A stretch of DNA of 64,000 nt from Desulfobacterales bacterium. Its GTDB lineage: Bacteria > Desulfobacterota > Desulfobacteria > Desulfobacterales > UBA2174. Made by a program: the position numbers and the translations under genes. Below the pieces are notes generated by a model. It was not told where the DNA came from and did not search any database. It saw only the letters and a program-made list of their open reading frames with translations. The stretch lies in assembly GCA_963668645.2 (NCBI GenBank), contig CAXXWC010000006.1, positions 64,001 through 128,000 on the forward strand, written 5' to 3'. This document shows, piece by piece, positions 9,749 through 19,065 of the stretch (position 1 is the first letter of the stretch; every line of letters starts with the position of its first letter).

Positions 9749-9902
9749 CAGGATCGGCAGGGCAAAACAGACGTAGATCATGCGCCCGTCATGGGCATAC
9801 CCCTTTGCGGGCGCATGCCAAAAGCAGCATGAAACGACTGTTAATTCTAAGCAGATGGCATTGCTAAAGTGATTCAGCGTTTACAAAGTAAGGGAGCTTC
9901 AC

Positions 9903-11120
9903 ATGCATTTGACCACAGATGAAAAAAACATGTTGGAGGGAAAGTACGGTGAAGGTACGGCCATGGCCATGAAAATCCAGGTGGCCATCGGTGAGACCTT
10001 CGAAGCCGAAAAGATGGTCGACATCACCCGGGCGCACGTCGCCCTGAGTTCGCAGGACGCCGATCTTTGGTTTGTCGAGAAGCTTCTCGGCAAGGGAGCG
10101 TACTGCAGGATTTCACCGACCGTCAATCCGAGCATCGATCTGAAATATCTCAATGCCCATCTATGTGAAATCCCCAAAGCCGGGGTCGATATCGTCACTG
10201 CGACAAACGAGGCCTATCGCAAAATCGGAGCGACGCTCACCTTCAACTGCACCCCCTACCTTATCGGAAATGTGCCCACGTTCGGAGAATGCATCGCCTT
10301 TTCCGAATCCAGCGCGACGCCCTACGTCAACTCGGTGATCGGTGCCCGCTCCAACAGAGAATCGTCCCAGAGTGCGCTTTGCGCCGCCGTCACGGGCAAA
10401 GTACCGCTCTACGGGCTGCTACTGGATGAAAACCGGAAAGCTTCCATCCTGGTAAAGGTTGAAGCCTCCATCGAAAACGATTTCGACTACCAACTCCTCG
10501 GATGGTGTTATCCTGAAAAGTATAAAGGTCTCGAGGTTCCTGTCTTTTCGGGAATCACAAAACGCCCCACCCCCGAAGGTTTGATGAATTTCGGAGCACA
10601 ATTGAATACTTCAGGGGCCATCTCCATGTACCATATCGAGGGGCACACACCCGAAGCCCCCACCTTGGAAACGGCATTTGGCGGCAACTCCGTAAAAAAA
10701 ACCATTACCATCACCACGGAAGACCTGCTGACCGTGAAAAAGGAAATATGCGGCCAACCCGGGAAAATCGATTTTGCCATGTTCGGTTGTCCCCATTTTA
10801 CCCTCTCGCAAGTCAAAACGGCGGCCAGGTTGCTGGACGGAAAAAAGACGGCCGTTCCCCTTTGGATCCTGACCAGCTCCCTGACCAAGGAGCTGGCCGA
10901 TCGCGGCGGTTATCTGGACATCATTCAGCGAGCCGGCGGACACGTCATATCCGACACCTGCATTGATGTTCCTCCCTGCTGGTATCCGTACTACGGTAAG
11001 ACGGGAGTCACGGACTCTCCCAAATGTTCCTATTACTACGAGATTCGCAAGACCAATTTCATCATCCGGCCTTTGGAAGAAAGCGTCGAGGCGGCGCTCA
11101 GAGGGGAGGTGGTCGAATAA
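9903..11120 (+). CDS. Aconitase X catalytic (large) subunit, DUF521
   Basis: MHLTTDEKNMLEGKYGEG, NCTPY, AFSESSA..YVNSVIGARSNRE, GCPHF, SDTC: three Fe-S cysteines of the AcnX family. Confidence 0.9.
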   Translation: MHLTTDEKNMLEGKYGEGTAMAMKIQVAIGETFEAEKMVDITRAHVALSSQDADLWFVEKLLGKGAYCRISPTVNPSIDLKYLNAHLCEIPKAGVDIVTATNEAYRKIGATLTFNCTPYLIGNVPTFGECIAFSESSATPYVNSVIGARSNRESSQSALCAAVTGKVPLYGLLLDENRKASILVKVEASIENDFDYQLLGWCYPEKYKGLEVPVFSGITKRPTPEGLMNFGAQLNTSGAISMYHIEGHTPEAPTLETAFGGNSVKKTITITTEDLLTVKKEICGQPGKIDFAMFGCPHFTLSQVKTAARLLDGKKTAVPLWILTSSLTKELADRGGYLDIIQRAGGHVISDTCIDVPPCWYPYYGKTGVTDSPKCSYYYEIRKTNFIIRPLEESVEAALRGEVVE

Positions 11121-11521
11121 TGGAACTCAAATGTCGTAAAATCTCTGGAGGCAAGGCCCAAGGCAGCGTCATCTTATCCAAAGATTCGGTTTGCTTTTAC
11201 CTGGCGGAACCCGAAAACGGCGTTATCGTCGAGAAAAATCACGATATCGAAGGGAAGAGCATCGCCGGAAAGATTCTTGTGATGCCTTCGGGCAAGGGCA
11301 GTTCCGTTGTTCAGGCCGACGGCCTGTACAAGCTCGCAATGAAGGATAACGCCCCCAAGGCGATAATCGTCGAACACCCGGATACTGTACTGGTTTCCGG
11401 CGCCATCGTCATGGAGATCCCCATGGTCCACAAGGTGGATCCCAAGTTCTTCGAGATCGTAAAGGACGGAGATACTATCGTCGTGGATGCCGACAAGGAA
11501 ATCATTCACATCGTTGTATGA
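11120..11521 (+). CDS. Aconitase X swivel (small) subunit, DUF126
   Basis: GKSIAGKILVMPSGKGSSV, APKAII, GAIVMEIP, VKDGDTIVVDA; TAATG coupling to the large subunit. Confidence 0.9.
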   Translation: MELKCRKISGGKAQGSVILSKDSVCFYLAEPENGVIVEKNHDIEGKSIAGKILVMPSGKGSSVVQADGLYKLAMKDNAPKAIIVEHPDTVLVSGAIVMEIPMVHKVDPKFFEIVKDGDTIVVDADKEIIHIVV

Positions 11522-11657
11522 AAACAATTGGTTAAAGCCGGTACCACACGATTCTGGGGCACCCTTGCCCAGAGCCGGGATGGGGCCGGCTCCGATTTTA
11601 ACCCGCGCGCCGGCAAGTCTGCCGGCGCAGAACAAACCGTTCGAAATGGTACCCGCA

Positions 11658-12959
11658 ATGCAATTTGAAGCCCAAATAAATAGGAAAATAACAGTCCCCT
11701 ACGGGGATGAGCCGGCCGAAGCAAAGGTTCCGGATCGCGTCATTTTCGATGGTGCGATGGAAGATGTAAAACCTCTGAAGAGCTTCGATCGCGCCTTGAT
11801 GGACGCAATTTGCGGCCCGACTGGGTGCCAACCGCTCGACTCTTTGCTTTCTGCCGGCAATCGCGTGCTTATCCTCATCGAGGACAATACCCGAAACACG
11901 CCCGTGGATCGGATCTTGCCGGTCCTGATCGATTATTTGTACGGCTGTGGAATCGATGCGCAACACATCGAGATCCTGACCGCACCGGGAACCCACCGGA
12001 TCATGACGAATTCCGAGGTCATGGAAAAGGTGGGGCAGCGAATTTTCGCCGAAATCAAAATCACCCAGCATGATTTCAGCGACACTTCCTCCCTGGCCGA
12101 TCTCGGCGACGTTTGGGTCGGAAATTGCCGCATTCCGGTTTGCATAAACAAAAAGGCGCTGGAAGCCGATTTCATCATCGGCCTGGGCAACATCGTCCCG
12201 CATTGCGATGCGGGATTTTCCGGCGGTGCCAAGATCGTTCAGCCGGGCATTTGCGGCTATGCCACCACCGCCGCCACCCATGCCGCGGCCGCACTGCTGG
12301 ATGAGATCCCCCTGGGAGCGGTGGAGAATCCTTGCCGTATGGGAATGGAAAGGGTCGCCGCAAAAATCGGTCTCGGGTTTATCATCAATACGGTGATGAA
12401 TCATAAAAACGAAGTGATTGCCGTCGTTGCCGGAGATTTTATCGCGGCCCATCGAAAAGGCGCTGAAATTGCGCGTGCGGCATTCGGCGTCAGGATCCCG
12501 GAGCCGGCCGACATCGTCATCGTCAGTTCCTACCCGGCAGATATCGATTACTGGCAGGCCGAAAAGGGCATCATATCCGCCTATTTCGCGGTCAAAAAAA
12601 GCGGCATTATTATTTTTGTCTCGCCCTGCCCCGAAGGCCTGGCCCACAATCATCCCAAATTCCGGCAGTGGCTGAGCCTTTCGTACCGCCAGTGTTTCGA
12701 GCGCATAGAGGCCTGCGCCGTGGACGATGAAACCGCCGATCTGGTATCGGCCGATCTGGCCATATGCAATTCTCGAGTCAGGGAAAAGGCCACGATCCTG
12801 GCGGTTTCCCATGGACTTGCCCAAACCGACATGCAGATTCTCGGCTATCGACCTTTTTCCACGCTTCAGGACGCCGTCGATGTCGCCCTGTCGTCAATAC
12901 CGTCAGCCACAATCGGAATTTTGCCGAGGGGAGGCGACTGCCTGCCCATCGTCTCCTGA
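11658..12959 (+). CDS. Nickel-pincer-dependent alpha-hydroxy-acid racemase (LarA family)
   Basis: IEDNTRNTP, APGTHR, VPHCDAGFSGGAKIVQPG, ATH, YPADIDYWQAEKG; start could also be 11646. Confidence 0.88.
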   Translation: MQFEAQINRKITVPYGDEPAEAKVPDRVIFDGAMEDVKPLKSFDRALMDAICGPTGCQPLDSLLSAGNRVLILIEDNTRNTPVDRILPVLIDYLYGCGIDAQHIEILTAPGTHRIMTNSEVMEKVGQRIFAEIKITQHDFSDTSSLADLGDVWVGNCRIPVCINKKALEADFIIGLGNIVPHCDAGFSGGAKIVQPGICGYATTAATHAAAALLDEIPLGAVENPCRMGMERVAAKIGLGFIINTVMNHKNEVIAVVAGDFIAAHRKGAEIARAAFGVRIPEPADIVIVSSYPADIDYWQAEKGIISAYFAVKKSGIIIFVSPCPEGLAHNHPKFRQWLSLSYRQCFERIEACAVDDETADLVSADLAICNSRVREKATILAVSHGLAQTDMQILGYRPFSTLQDAVDVALSSIPSATIGILPRGGDCLPIVS

Positions 12960-13012
12960 TTCCGGGAATTTTTCGGCAAACGACTATTTCGCTTGCCGCA
13001 AAGAAGGTTTTT

Positions 13013-13978
13013 ATGACGCCCCTGATATGGATAATAGACAGTTACTGGTCCGAGTATGAAATCGAAACAAAACTGCTGTATCAGTTTTTTCCGGACTGTG
13101 ACCTACGACACTCCAGTTTTTGCAACGAAAATGATTTAAAAAATTTTGGCACGGATACCGATGCGGTTATCTGTCAAATCGATATCGGCATCTACGAACC
13201 GGTCATCGAGCGGCTTAAAAAATGTAAGATAATCTCCGTGTATGGCACCGGGTATGATAACATCGACATAAAATCCGCCCAAAAAAAAGGAATTTTGGTT
13301 GCCAACGTGCCGGACTATTGTTTCGAAGAAGTGTCCGATCATGTCATCGCCTTTATCTATCATTTCAACAAGAAAGTAGATTCCTACAGAGCAAATATCT
13401 CCCGTGGATTTTGGGGAATGGAGGCGGCAACTGTCATCCCGACTCGATTGCAGGGCTCAACATTGTTTGTTTTGGGGTTTGGGAAAATAGGCAATAGAAT
13501 TTCCCAAAAAGCAATCGCACTGGGCATGAACGTAATTGCCTACGACCCCTATTTGCCCGAGAACTGTTTTCGCGACCAAGGCGTTAAGAAAGTCGACTGG
13601 AACGAAGGATTCCGAAACGCTGATTATGTCAGCGTGGCCATGCGCCTGACACCGGAAACCAGGGAGAAAATCGGCTACAACGAATTTCGCATGATGAAAA
13701 AGCATGCTGTGTTCATTAACACCAGCCGAGGAGAGATTGTAAAAGAACAAGATCTTATAGGAGCCGTCAAATCAGGCTTGATCGCCGGGGCGGCACTGGA
13801 TGTCACGAACACGGAGCCTCCCGCGATCGACTCTGAAATTTTAAAATGCCCCAATATTTTGGTAACCCCCCATGTATCCTATCTGTCCGCCCAATCGATC
13901 CGCGAATTGAGGGAAAAAGTCTGCTGGAACGTTATCGCCGCTTTGCGCGGAAAACCGGTTGCCAACACGATAGAATAG
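13013..13978 (+). CDS. D-isomer-specific 2-hydroxyacid dehydrogenase (CtBP/SerA-like)
   Basis: GTGYDNID, NVPDYCFEEVSDH, GFGKIG, INTSRGEIV, AGAALDV..EPP, VTPHVSY. Confidence 0.9.
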   Translation: MTPLIWIIDSYWSEYEIETKLLYQFFPDCDLRHSSFCNENDLKNFGTDTDAVICQIDIGIYEPVIERLKKCKIISVYGTGYDNIDIKSAQKKGILVANVPDYCFEEVSDHVIAFIYHFNKKVDSYRANISRGFWGMEAATVIPTRLQGSTLFVLGFGKIGNRISQKAIALGMNVIAYDPYLPENCFRDQGVKKVDWNEGFRNADYVSVAMRLTPETREKIGYNEFRMMKKHAVFINTSRGEIVKEQDLIGAVKSGLIAGAALDVTNTEPPAIDSEILKCPNILVTPHVSYLSAQSIRELREKVCWNVIAALRGKPVANTIE

Positions 13979-14101
13979 AGATCTCCTGCCGAGTGTCACT
14001 ATTTCCCACCCTTTTTCAAAGAATGCAGATACCTCCTCATTGACGCGCGTCTGAATGGCAGCAGGAAAAGATGTCATCCTGCTTGTCCTTTCTGCTATCT
14101 C

Positions 14102-14243
14102 GTGTCCGTCCATAAATGGTGATTTTTGGTTCCAGGCAAGGCCCGAGCGAGTTTCCAACCGGAGCAATAGCCCGCTATTTCGAGGATTGGAAACGAGCCA
14201 GAACGCCGCCGGGGGCCGAAAGGTGCCGTTTATGGATGGACAC
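14102..14243. mobile_element. 142-bp MITE, copy 1
   Basis: TIRs GTGTCCGTCCATAAA / TTTATGGATGGACAC; 6-bp direct repeat TATCTC on both sides; near-identical copy at 49186-49327. Confidence 0.9.
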
Positions 14244-14478
14244 TATCTCATCACGAGGCGGTCCGACCAGGAATCCGCACCCAGGGACACCTGCGGGACA
14301 AAAGCCGCCAGATCAGGAAAAATCGTCTGTGATGAAGCCTGGTTACGGAACCGTTGCGCGGATTGCCAGGCGGATTGACAATTGCTTTAGAGTAGATTAT
14401 CAGAAGAAAATCTAGGTCGGTTCAATTAATGCAACTCGATTTAACTTCCAGCCCCCAAACCGGGAAAAAAGGTTGCCG

Positions 14479-15156
14479 ATGGATTTTATCCAAACGGCGC
14501 TGGCCCGCGGCCAGCGCGCCCTGAACGAATTCGAGTCCAAGCGCTTCCTGTCCACCTGGGGCGTTCCCACGACACGTGAGGAGCTCGTGGCAAACCCGGA
14601 CGCGGCGGCTGCCGCCGCCGGGCGTATCGGCTTCCCCGTGGCCCTCAAGGCCTGCGCCGCGGATCTGCTGCACAAGAGCGAAGCCGGCGCCGTGGTTCTC
14701 CACCTGAACGATCTCGGGGCGGTGCACCGGGCAGCCGAACGGCTGCTGGCCGCCGCCCCCGTTTCCCTCGACGGCCTGCTGGTTCAGCAGATGGTGACCG
14801 GCACGCGGGAGATGGTGGCAGGGTTGAGCCGCGACGCCCAGTTCGGTCCCTGTGTCATGCTCGGCCTTGGCGGCGTGATGGCCGAGATACTCAACGATAC
14901 GGTCTTCCGGGCCGCCCCCATCGATCGGATCGAGGCCGGCGACATGATCGCCGAACTCAAATCCCGGCCCCTGCTCGACGCCTTTCGCGGCCAGCGACCG
15001 GCCGACCGCGACGCCATCGGCCGCATCCTGGTGGCGCTTGGCCGCATCGGCCTGGAGCACGAGGCTGTGGCCGAAATCGACATCAACCCGCTCACCGTCA
15101 CCCCCGAAGGCGCCGTCGTGGCCGTCGACGCCCTCGTCGTGCTGGCAGGAAAGTGA
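14479..15156 (+). CDS. Acyl-CoA synthetase (ADP-forming) beta subunit, ATP-grasp
   Basis: LNEFESKRFL..WGVP, IGFPVALK, HKSEAGAV, RDAQFGPCVMLGLGG, EIDINPL, VDAL. Confidence 0.88.
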   Translation: MDFIQTALARGQRALNEFESKRFLSTWGVPTTREELVANPDAAAAAAGRIGFPVALKACAADLLHKSEAGAVVLHLNDLGAVHRAAERLLAAAPVSLDGLLVQQMVTGTREMVAGLSRDAQFGPCVMLGLGGVMAEILNDTVFRAAPIDRIEAGDMIAELKSRPLLDAFRGQRPADRDAIGRILVALGRIGLEHEAVAEIDINPLTVTPEGAVVAVDALVVLAGK

Positions 15157-15162
15157 GTCGCC

Positions 15163-16674
15163 ATGACGGCGCCCCTTGAACAAAGCCCTCTTCACCTCAT
15201 CGCCAATCCGCGTCACATCGCCTTTTTCGGCGCCTCCAACAGCGACACCGCCATGGGGACCAGCATCCTGCGCTCGATCCTGGAGTTCGGTTTTGTCGGC
15301 ACCGTCTATCCGGTCCACCCGCGCGAGCGGACCGTCCTGGGTCTTGACGCCTATCCGACCCTGGAGGCCATTCCCGAGGCGGCAGACCTGGCCTTCATCG
15401 TCCTGCCGACCCGCATCGTGGCCGAAACCCTGGAAGCCTGCGGCAAAAAGGGCATCCGGCGGGCCGTGATCGTCTCGGCCGGCTTCACCGAGACCGGTGG
15501 CGACGGGGAACAGCGCCAGGCGGAACTGCACGCCATCGCCGGCCGCTACGGCATGCGCTTTATCGGGCCAAATTGCATCGGGATGGTCAACGCCCGGCTT
15601 CGGCTCAACGCCACCTACATGCCCTTTGCCGGCCGCCCCGGCGTGATCGGCATCGCCTCCCAGAGCGGCAGCTTCGTCACCCAGATGTTCGACTACCTCA
15701 ACACCCAGTTCGGCCAGGGCTTCAGTATAGGTTTTTCCCTCGGCAACGAGGCCGACATAGACATGGTCGAAGCCATCGAATACCTCGGCGCCTGCCCGGA
15801 TACCCAGGTGATCGCCCTTTATATCGAATCGATCCGCCGCGGCCGGCGCTTCATCCAAAGCGCCAGGGCCGTGGTGCGCCACAAGCCGATCGTGGCCTAC
15901 TACGCTGGCGGTTCTGAAACCGGCCGGCGCGCCTGCCTGTCGCACACCGGGGCACTGGCCGGACCGGATCGGCTCTACGACGGCATTTTACGCCAAAGCG
16001 GGGTGATCCGGGCCCGCTCCATTGCGGAGCTTTTCGATTTTTGCCAGGTTCTGGGCACCGCCCCGCTGCCCCGCGGGCCGAGGGCCGTCATTCAGACCCA
16101 TTCCGGCGGTCCAGGGGCGGCCGCGGCCGATGCCTGTGGCCGCAGCGGCATCGACCTGCCCCACCTGTCGCCCGCCACCCTGGAAAAACTGGCTCCTTTC
16201 GTGCCGCATACGGCCAGTTGCGCCAACCCGGTGGACCTGACCTTTTCCAAAAACCCGCTCGATTACTTTCACGCCATTCCCGAGGTACTTCTGAAAGAGG
16301 ACGCGGCCGACGGCCTGCTGGTTTACGTGCTCGGATACGCACGGATGGTCGAACGGGGGCTGGCGGCCCTGGGTGTGCCCCAGTCTCAGATTCCCGAGCA
16401 GACCGAGCAGGTCATCTCCGGCCAATGCCAGGCCCTGGCCTCGCTGGTGGAGGCATACGGCAAGCCGATCATCGGCTTTTCCTTTCTCACCCGGGACAAC
16501 CCCTTCATCTGCGGGCTGCAGGATCACGGCTTGCCGGTGCTGGCCAGTCCGGAACGCGCCGCCCGGGCCTTTGGCGCCATGGCACGCTACGTCGCGCTGC
16601 GCGACAAGATCCGGCGCAGCGATGCATCGCAGCAGCCCGACCCGGCACCCCACTCCGCGGTTGCTTGTGCTTGA
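15163..16674 (+). CDS. Acyl-CoA synthetase (ADP-forming) alpha subunit, CoA-binding
   Basis: IAFFGAS, SAGFTETG, IGPNCIG, SQSGS, LGNEADID, phospho-His motif SHTGALAG, NPVDLT. Confidence 0.9.
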   Translation: MTAPLEQSPLHLIANPRHIAFFGASNSDTAMGTSILRSILEFGFVGTVYPVHPRERTVLGLDAYPTLEAIPEAADLAFIVLPTRIVAETLEACGKKGIRRAVIVSAGFTETGGDGEQRQAELHAIAGRYGMRFIGPNCIGMVNARLRLNATYMPFAGRPGVIGIASQSGSFVTQMFDYLNTQFGQGFSIGFSLGNEADIDMVEAIEYLGACPDTQVIALYIESIRRGRRFIQSARAVVRHKPIVAYYAGGSETGRRACLSHTGALAGPDRLYDGILRQSGVIRARSIAELFDFCQVLGTAPLPRGPRAVIQTHSGGPGAAAADACGRSGIDLPHLSPATLEKLAPFVPHTASCANPVDLTFSKNPLDYFHAIPEVLLKEDAADGLLVYVLGYARMVERGLAALGVPQSQIPEQTEQVISGQCQALASLVEAYGKPIIGFSFLTRDNPFICGLQDHGLPVLASPERAARAFGAMARYVALRDKIRRSDASQQPDPAPHSAVACA

Positions 16675-17079
16675 TCCCTTCGCCTGAAACAGATCCCCCA
16701 GGGGACGGTCATGCCGGTCCGTGGTGGGATTTTGCCATATGCCGTTTCGGCAGGATGGCGGAATAAAGACGAGGCTTCGAGCGGGCGGGCCGCCTGTGAG
16801 GCCAAAGGCGGCCGTGAGTCCCCGTCGTCTTTCCAGCCCGACCCCAGCCATTCCGGTTTCACCGAAAACTACTGGCAACCGGCATCTTTTTCGCCGCAAC
16901 ACCCGGTCCATATCTATCAGAATCTTGCCTCTATCGATTTTCTATCTTTGACGTCTATCCCAAAATTGAGCGGAACTATCGGTTGCCGCAGTTCGCTTTG
17001 TCTGATAAAAGTTATAAACTTTTCAAAAACAGGCAGATAGTGACTTTCGGGGAACTTAGACAACAACACGGAGGGGCAC

Positions 17080-19065
17080 ATGAAGCGGATGCAAATCTGG
17101 GGGGCGGTCCTGTGGGCAACGGTGATGGGCATCAGCGGGGTTTTACCCGCCGAGGCGCAACAGAATGATACGGCTTACCGGCTGTCGGAAATCGTGGTTT
17201 CAGACCAGTCCGAAAGCCGGGTGGAGGCCGTAGGGACCGTCCATCGGATTTCAGCCGAGCAACTCAAGGACCAGGGGGCCAGAACCCTGGACGATGCCCT
17301 GCAATTGATTCCGGGAGTCTATATCCGCCTGGGCGGGGAAGGAACCCCACGGGTGGATATCCGCGGTCTCAGGACCCGGCATGTGCAGTTGTTTTTGGAT
17401 GGTGTGCCCATCCGCGAGACCTATGACGACCAGTTCGACCCCACCACCATTCCGGTGGAATATATTGCCGAGATCAAGGTGACCACCGGCGGCGGTTCGG
17501 TGCTCTACGGCCAGGGCGGCAACGGCGGGGCCATTGACATCATCACCAAAAAAGGCAGCCGGGGCGTGCATGGAACGCTCGCCGCCGAGGCCGGCGAAGG
17601 CGAGCGCTATATCGGCCGGGCCTCTGTCTCCGTGGCCGACGAAAAATTCGATGCTTTCGCCAGTTTCAGCGACTCGGACCGGTCGTATTTCTATCTTTCG
17701 GATGATTACAGGCAAACCGCGGAACAAAACGACAACCATCGGGACAACAGCGATCTGTGGCGGCGCAATCTTTTTGCGAACATGGGATACGCGCTTTCCG
17801 ACCAATCCAAACTGGGAATTACCGCAAATTACGTCGAAGGCGACAACGGCAAGCCCCCGGTCGCCAATTACGTCAAAACCGACCCCTTTACCAAGAAGCC
17901 CAAGTACGAAAGGGTGGAAGATCTGGAAGGGGCCCTTGTCCAGGCGGCTTTGAGCCACGATCCGCAGGGGCCGTTGTCTTTTCGGGTCTGGGGGTATTAC
18001 AATTCTCTGAGCCAGGAAGAAAACCGCTACGATGACGACAATTACAGCACCCAGGCACTCAACGGCGCCTATCACCAGCAATCGGATACGGACATTGCCG
18101 GCCTCAGCGCCCAGGTGAAGTATCAGGCCGGACCCGACGGGGTGGCCACTTTGGGGCTTTCGGCCGAAAACGACGACTGGCAGTCTGACGGATTTACGGT
18201 GAATAAAGCGAAAAAGCGGATTGCCTTTGACGAAAACCGGGATGTTCAGCTGTACAGCATCGCCCTCGAATACGAGCGCCTCTTGATGGATCGTATCGGG
18301 ATAGTCATGGGCTATGGGCAGCATTTCATGGAAAAGGACCAGGGCAGCGGCGAAAATGATTTTTCCTATCTTGTCGGAGCCCACTTCGATGTCAGCGACA
18401 CCACGCGGCTGAAACTCTCCCATGCCCGCAAGGTCCGGTTTCCGTCCATCAAGCAGCTTTATGACGCGGATGCGGGCAACACCGGCCTTGAAGCCGAAAC
18501 CACCTGGCACTATGAAGCCGGCATCGAACAGAGCCTTCCGGCCAAGTCGACCCTTCAATTGACCGGATTTTATATCGACGCCGAGGACTTCATTGAAAAA
18601 GACGATACCGATATCTATCGGAATTATGAAAAGTACCGGTTCTACGGATTCGAGGTGGCGGCTGAAACCCGGTTTATCGAAGACCTGATGCTCCGGATCA
18701 GCTATGCGTGGCTGGACAGCAAAGACGAATCCGACAATGCGGAACGTGATGAACTCCAGTACCGGCCCGAGCACCAGCTGACCCTGGAAGGCAGGTACAG
18801 GTTTGATATCGGCCTGACCGCCTATGCCTCGGTGCGTTATGTGGCGGACCAGTATTTTTACGACAGCGACGGCAATGCCCCCCTGGAAAAGCAAAAACTG
18901 GACAACTTTACCCTGGTGAACCTGAAACTGAGCCAGAAAATCGGCAAAACCGGTGCCGAGGTCTACGTGGGCGCGGAAAATCTGTTGGATGAAGACTACG
19001 AAGAAAGCTACGGGCTGCCCCAGCCCGGATGCACCCTCTATGCCGGCGTCGAATTCCGGTTCTGA
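17080..19065 (+). CDS. TonB-dependent outer-membrane receptor
   Basis: Signal peptide; TonB-box-like LSEIVVS; plug IRG..LFLDGVPI, IEIKVTTGGGSVLYG..GGAIDIITKK; C-terminal ENLLDEDY...YAGVEFRF. Confidence 0.92.
   Translation: MKRMQIWGAVLWATVMGISGVLPAEAQQNDTAYRLSEIVVSDQSESRVEAVGTVHRISAEQLKDQGARTLDDALQLIPGVYIRLGGEGTPRVDIRGLRTRHVQLFLDGVPIRETYDDQFDPTTIPVEYIAEIKVTTGGGSVLYGQGGNGGAIDIITKKGSRGVHGTLAAEAGEGERYIGRASVSVADEKFDAFASFSDSDRSYFYLSDDYRQTAEQNDNHRDNSDLWRRNLFANMGYALSDQSKLGITANYVEGDNGKPPVANYVKTDPFTKKPKYERVEDLEGALVQAALSHDPQGPLSFRVWGYYNSLSQEENRYDDDNYSTQALNGAYHQQSDTDIAGLSAQVKYQAGPDGVATLGLSAENDDWQSDGFTVNKAKKRIAFDENRDVQLYSIALEYERLLMDRIGIVMGYGQHFMEKDQGSGENDFSYLVGAHFDVSDTTRLKLSHARKVRFPSIKQLYDADAGNTGLEAETTWHYEAGIEQSLPAKSTLQLTGFYIDAEDFIEKDDTDIYRNYEKYRFYGFEVAAETRFIEDLMLRISYAWLDSKDESDNAERDELQYRPEHQLTLEGRYRFDIGLTAYASVRYVADQYFYDSDGNAPLEKQKLDNFTLVNLKLSQKIGKTGAEVYVGAENLLDEDYEESYGLPQPGCTLYAGVEFRF

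Noticed and set aside
2484..13978. Ergothioneine degradation cluster
   Set aside because: No ergothionase (aromatic amino-acid lyase family) gene, and the formimino-transfer genes imply a C2-unsubstituted imidazole; not fully excluded.
16675..17079. Cobalamin or TPP riboswitch before the TonB receptor
   Set aside because: Conserved B12-box and TPP core strings were not found by eye; an Rfam scan is needed to exclude them fully.
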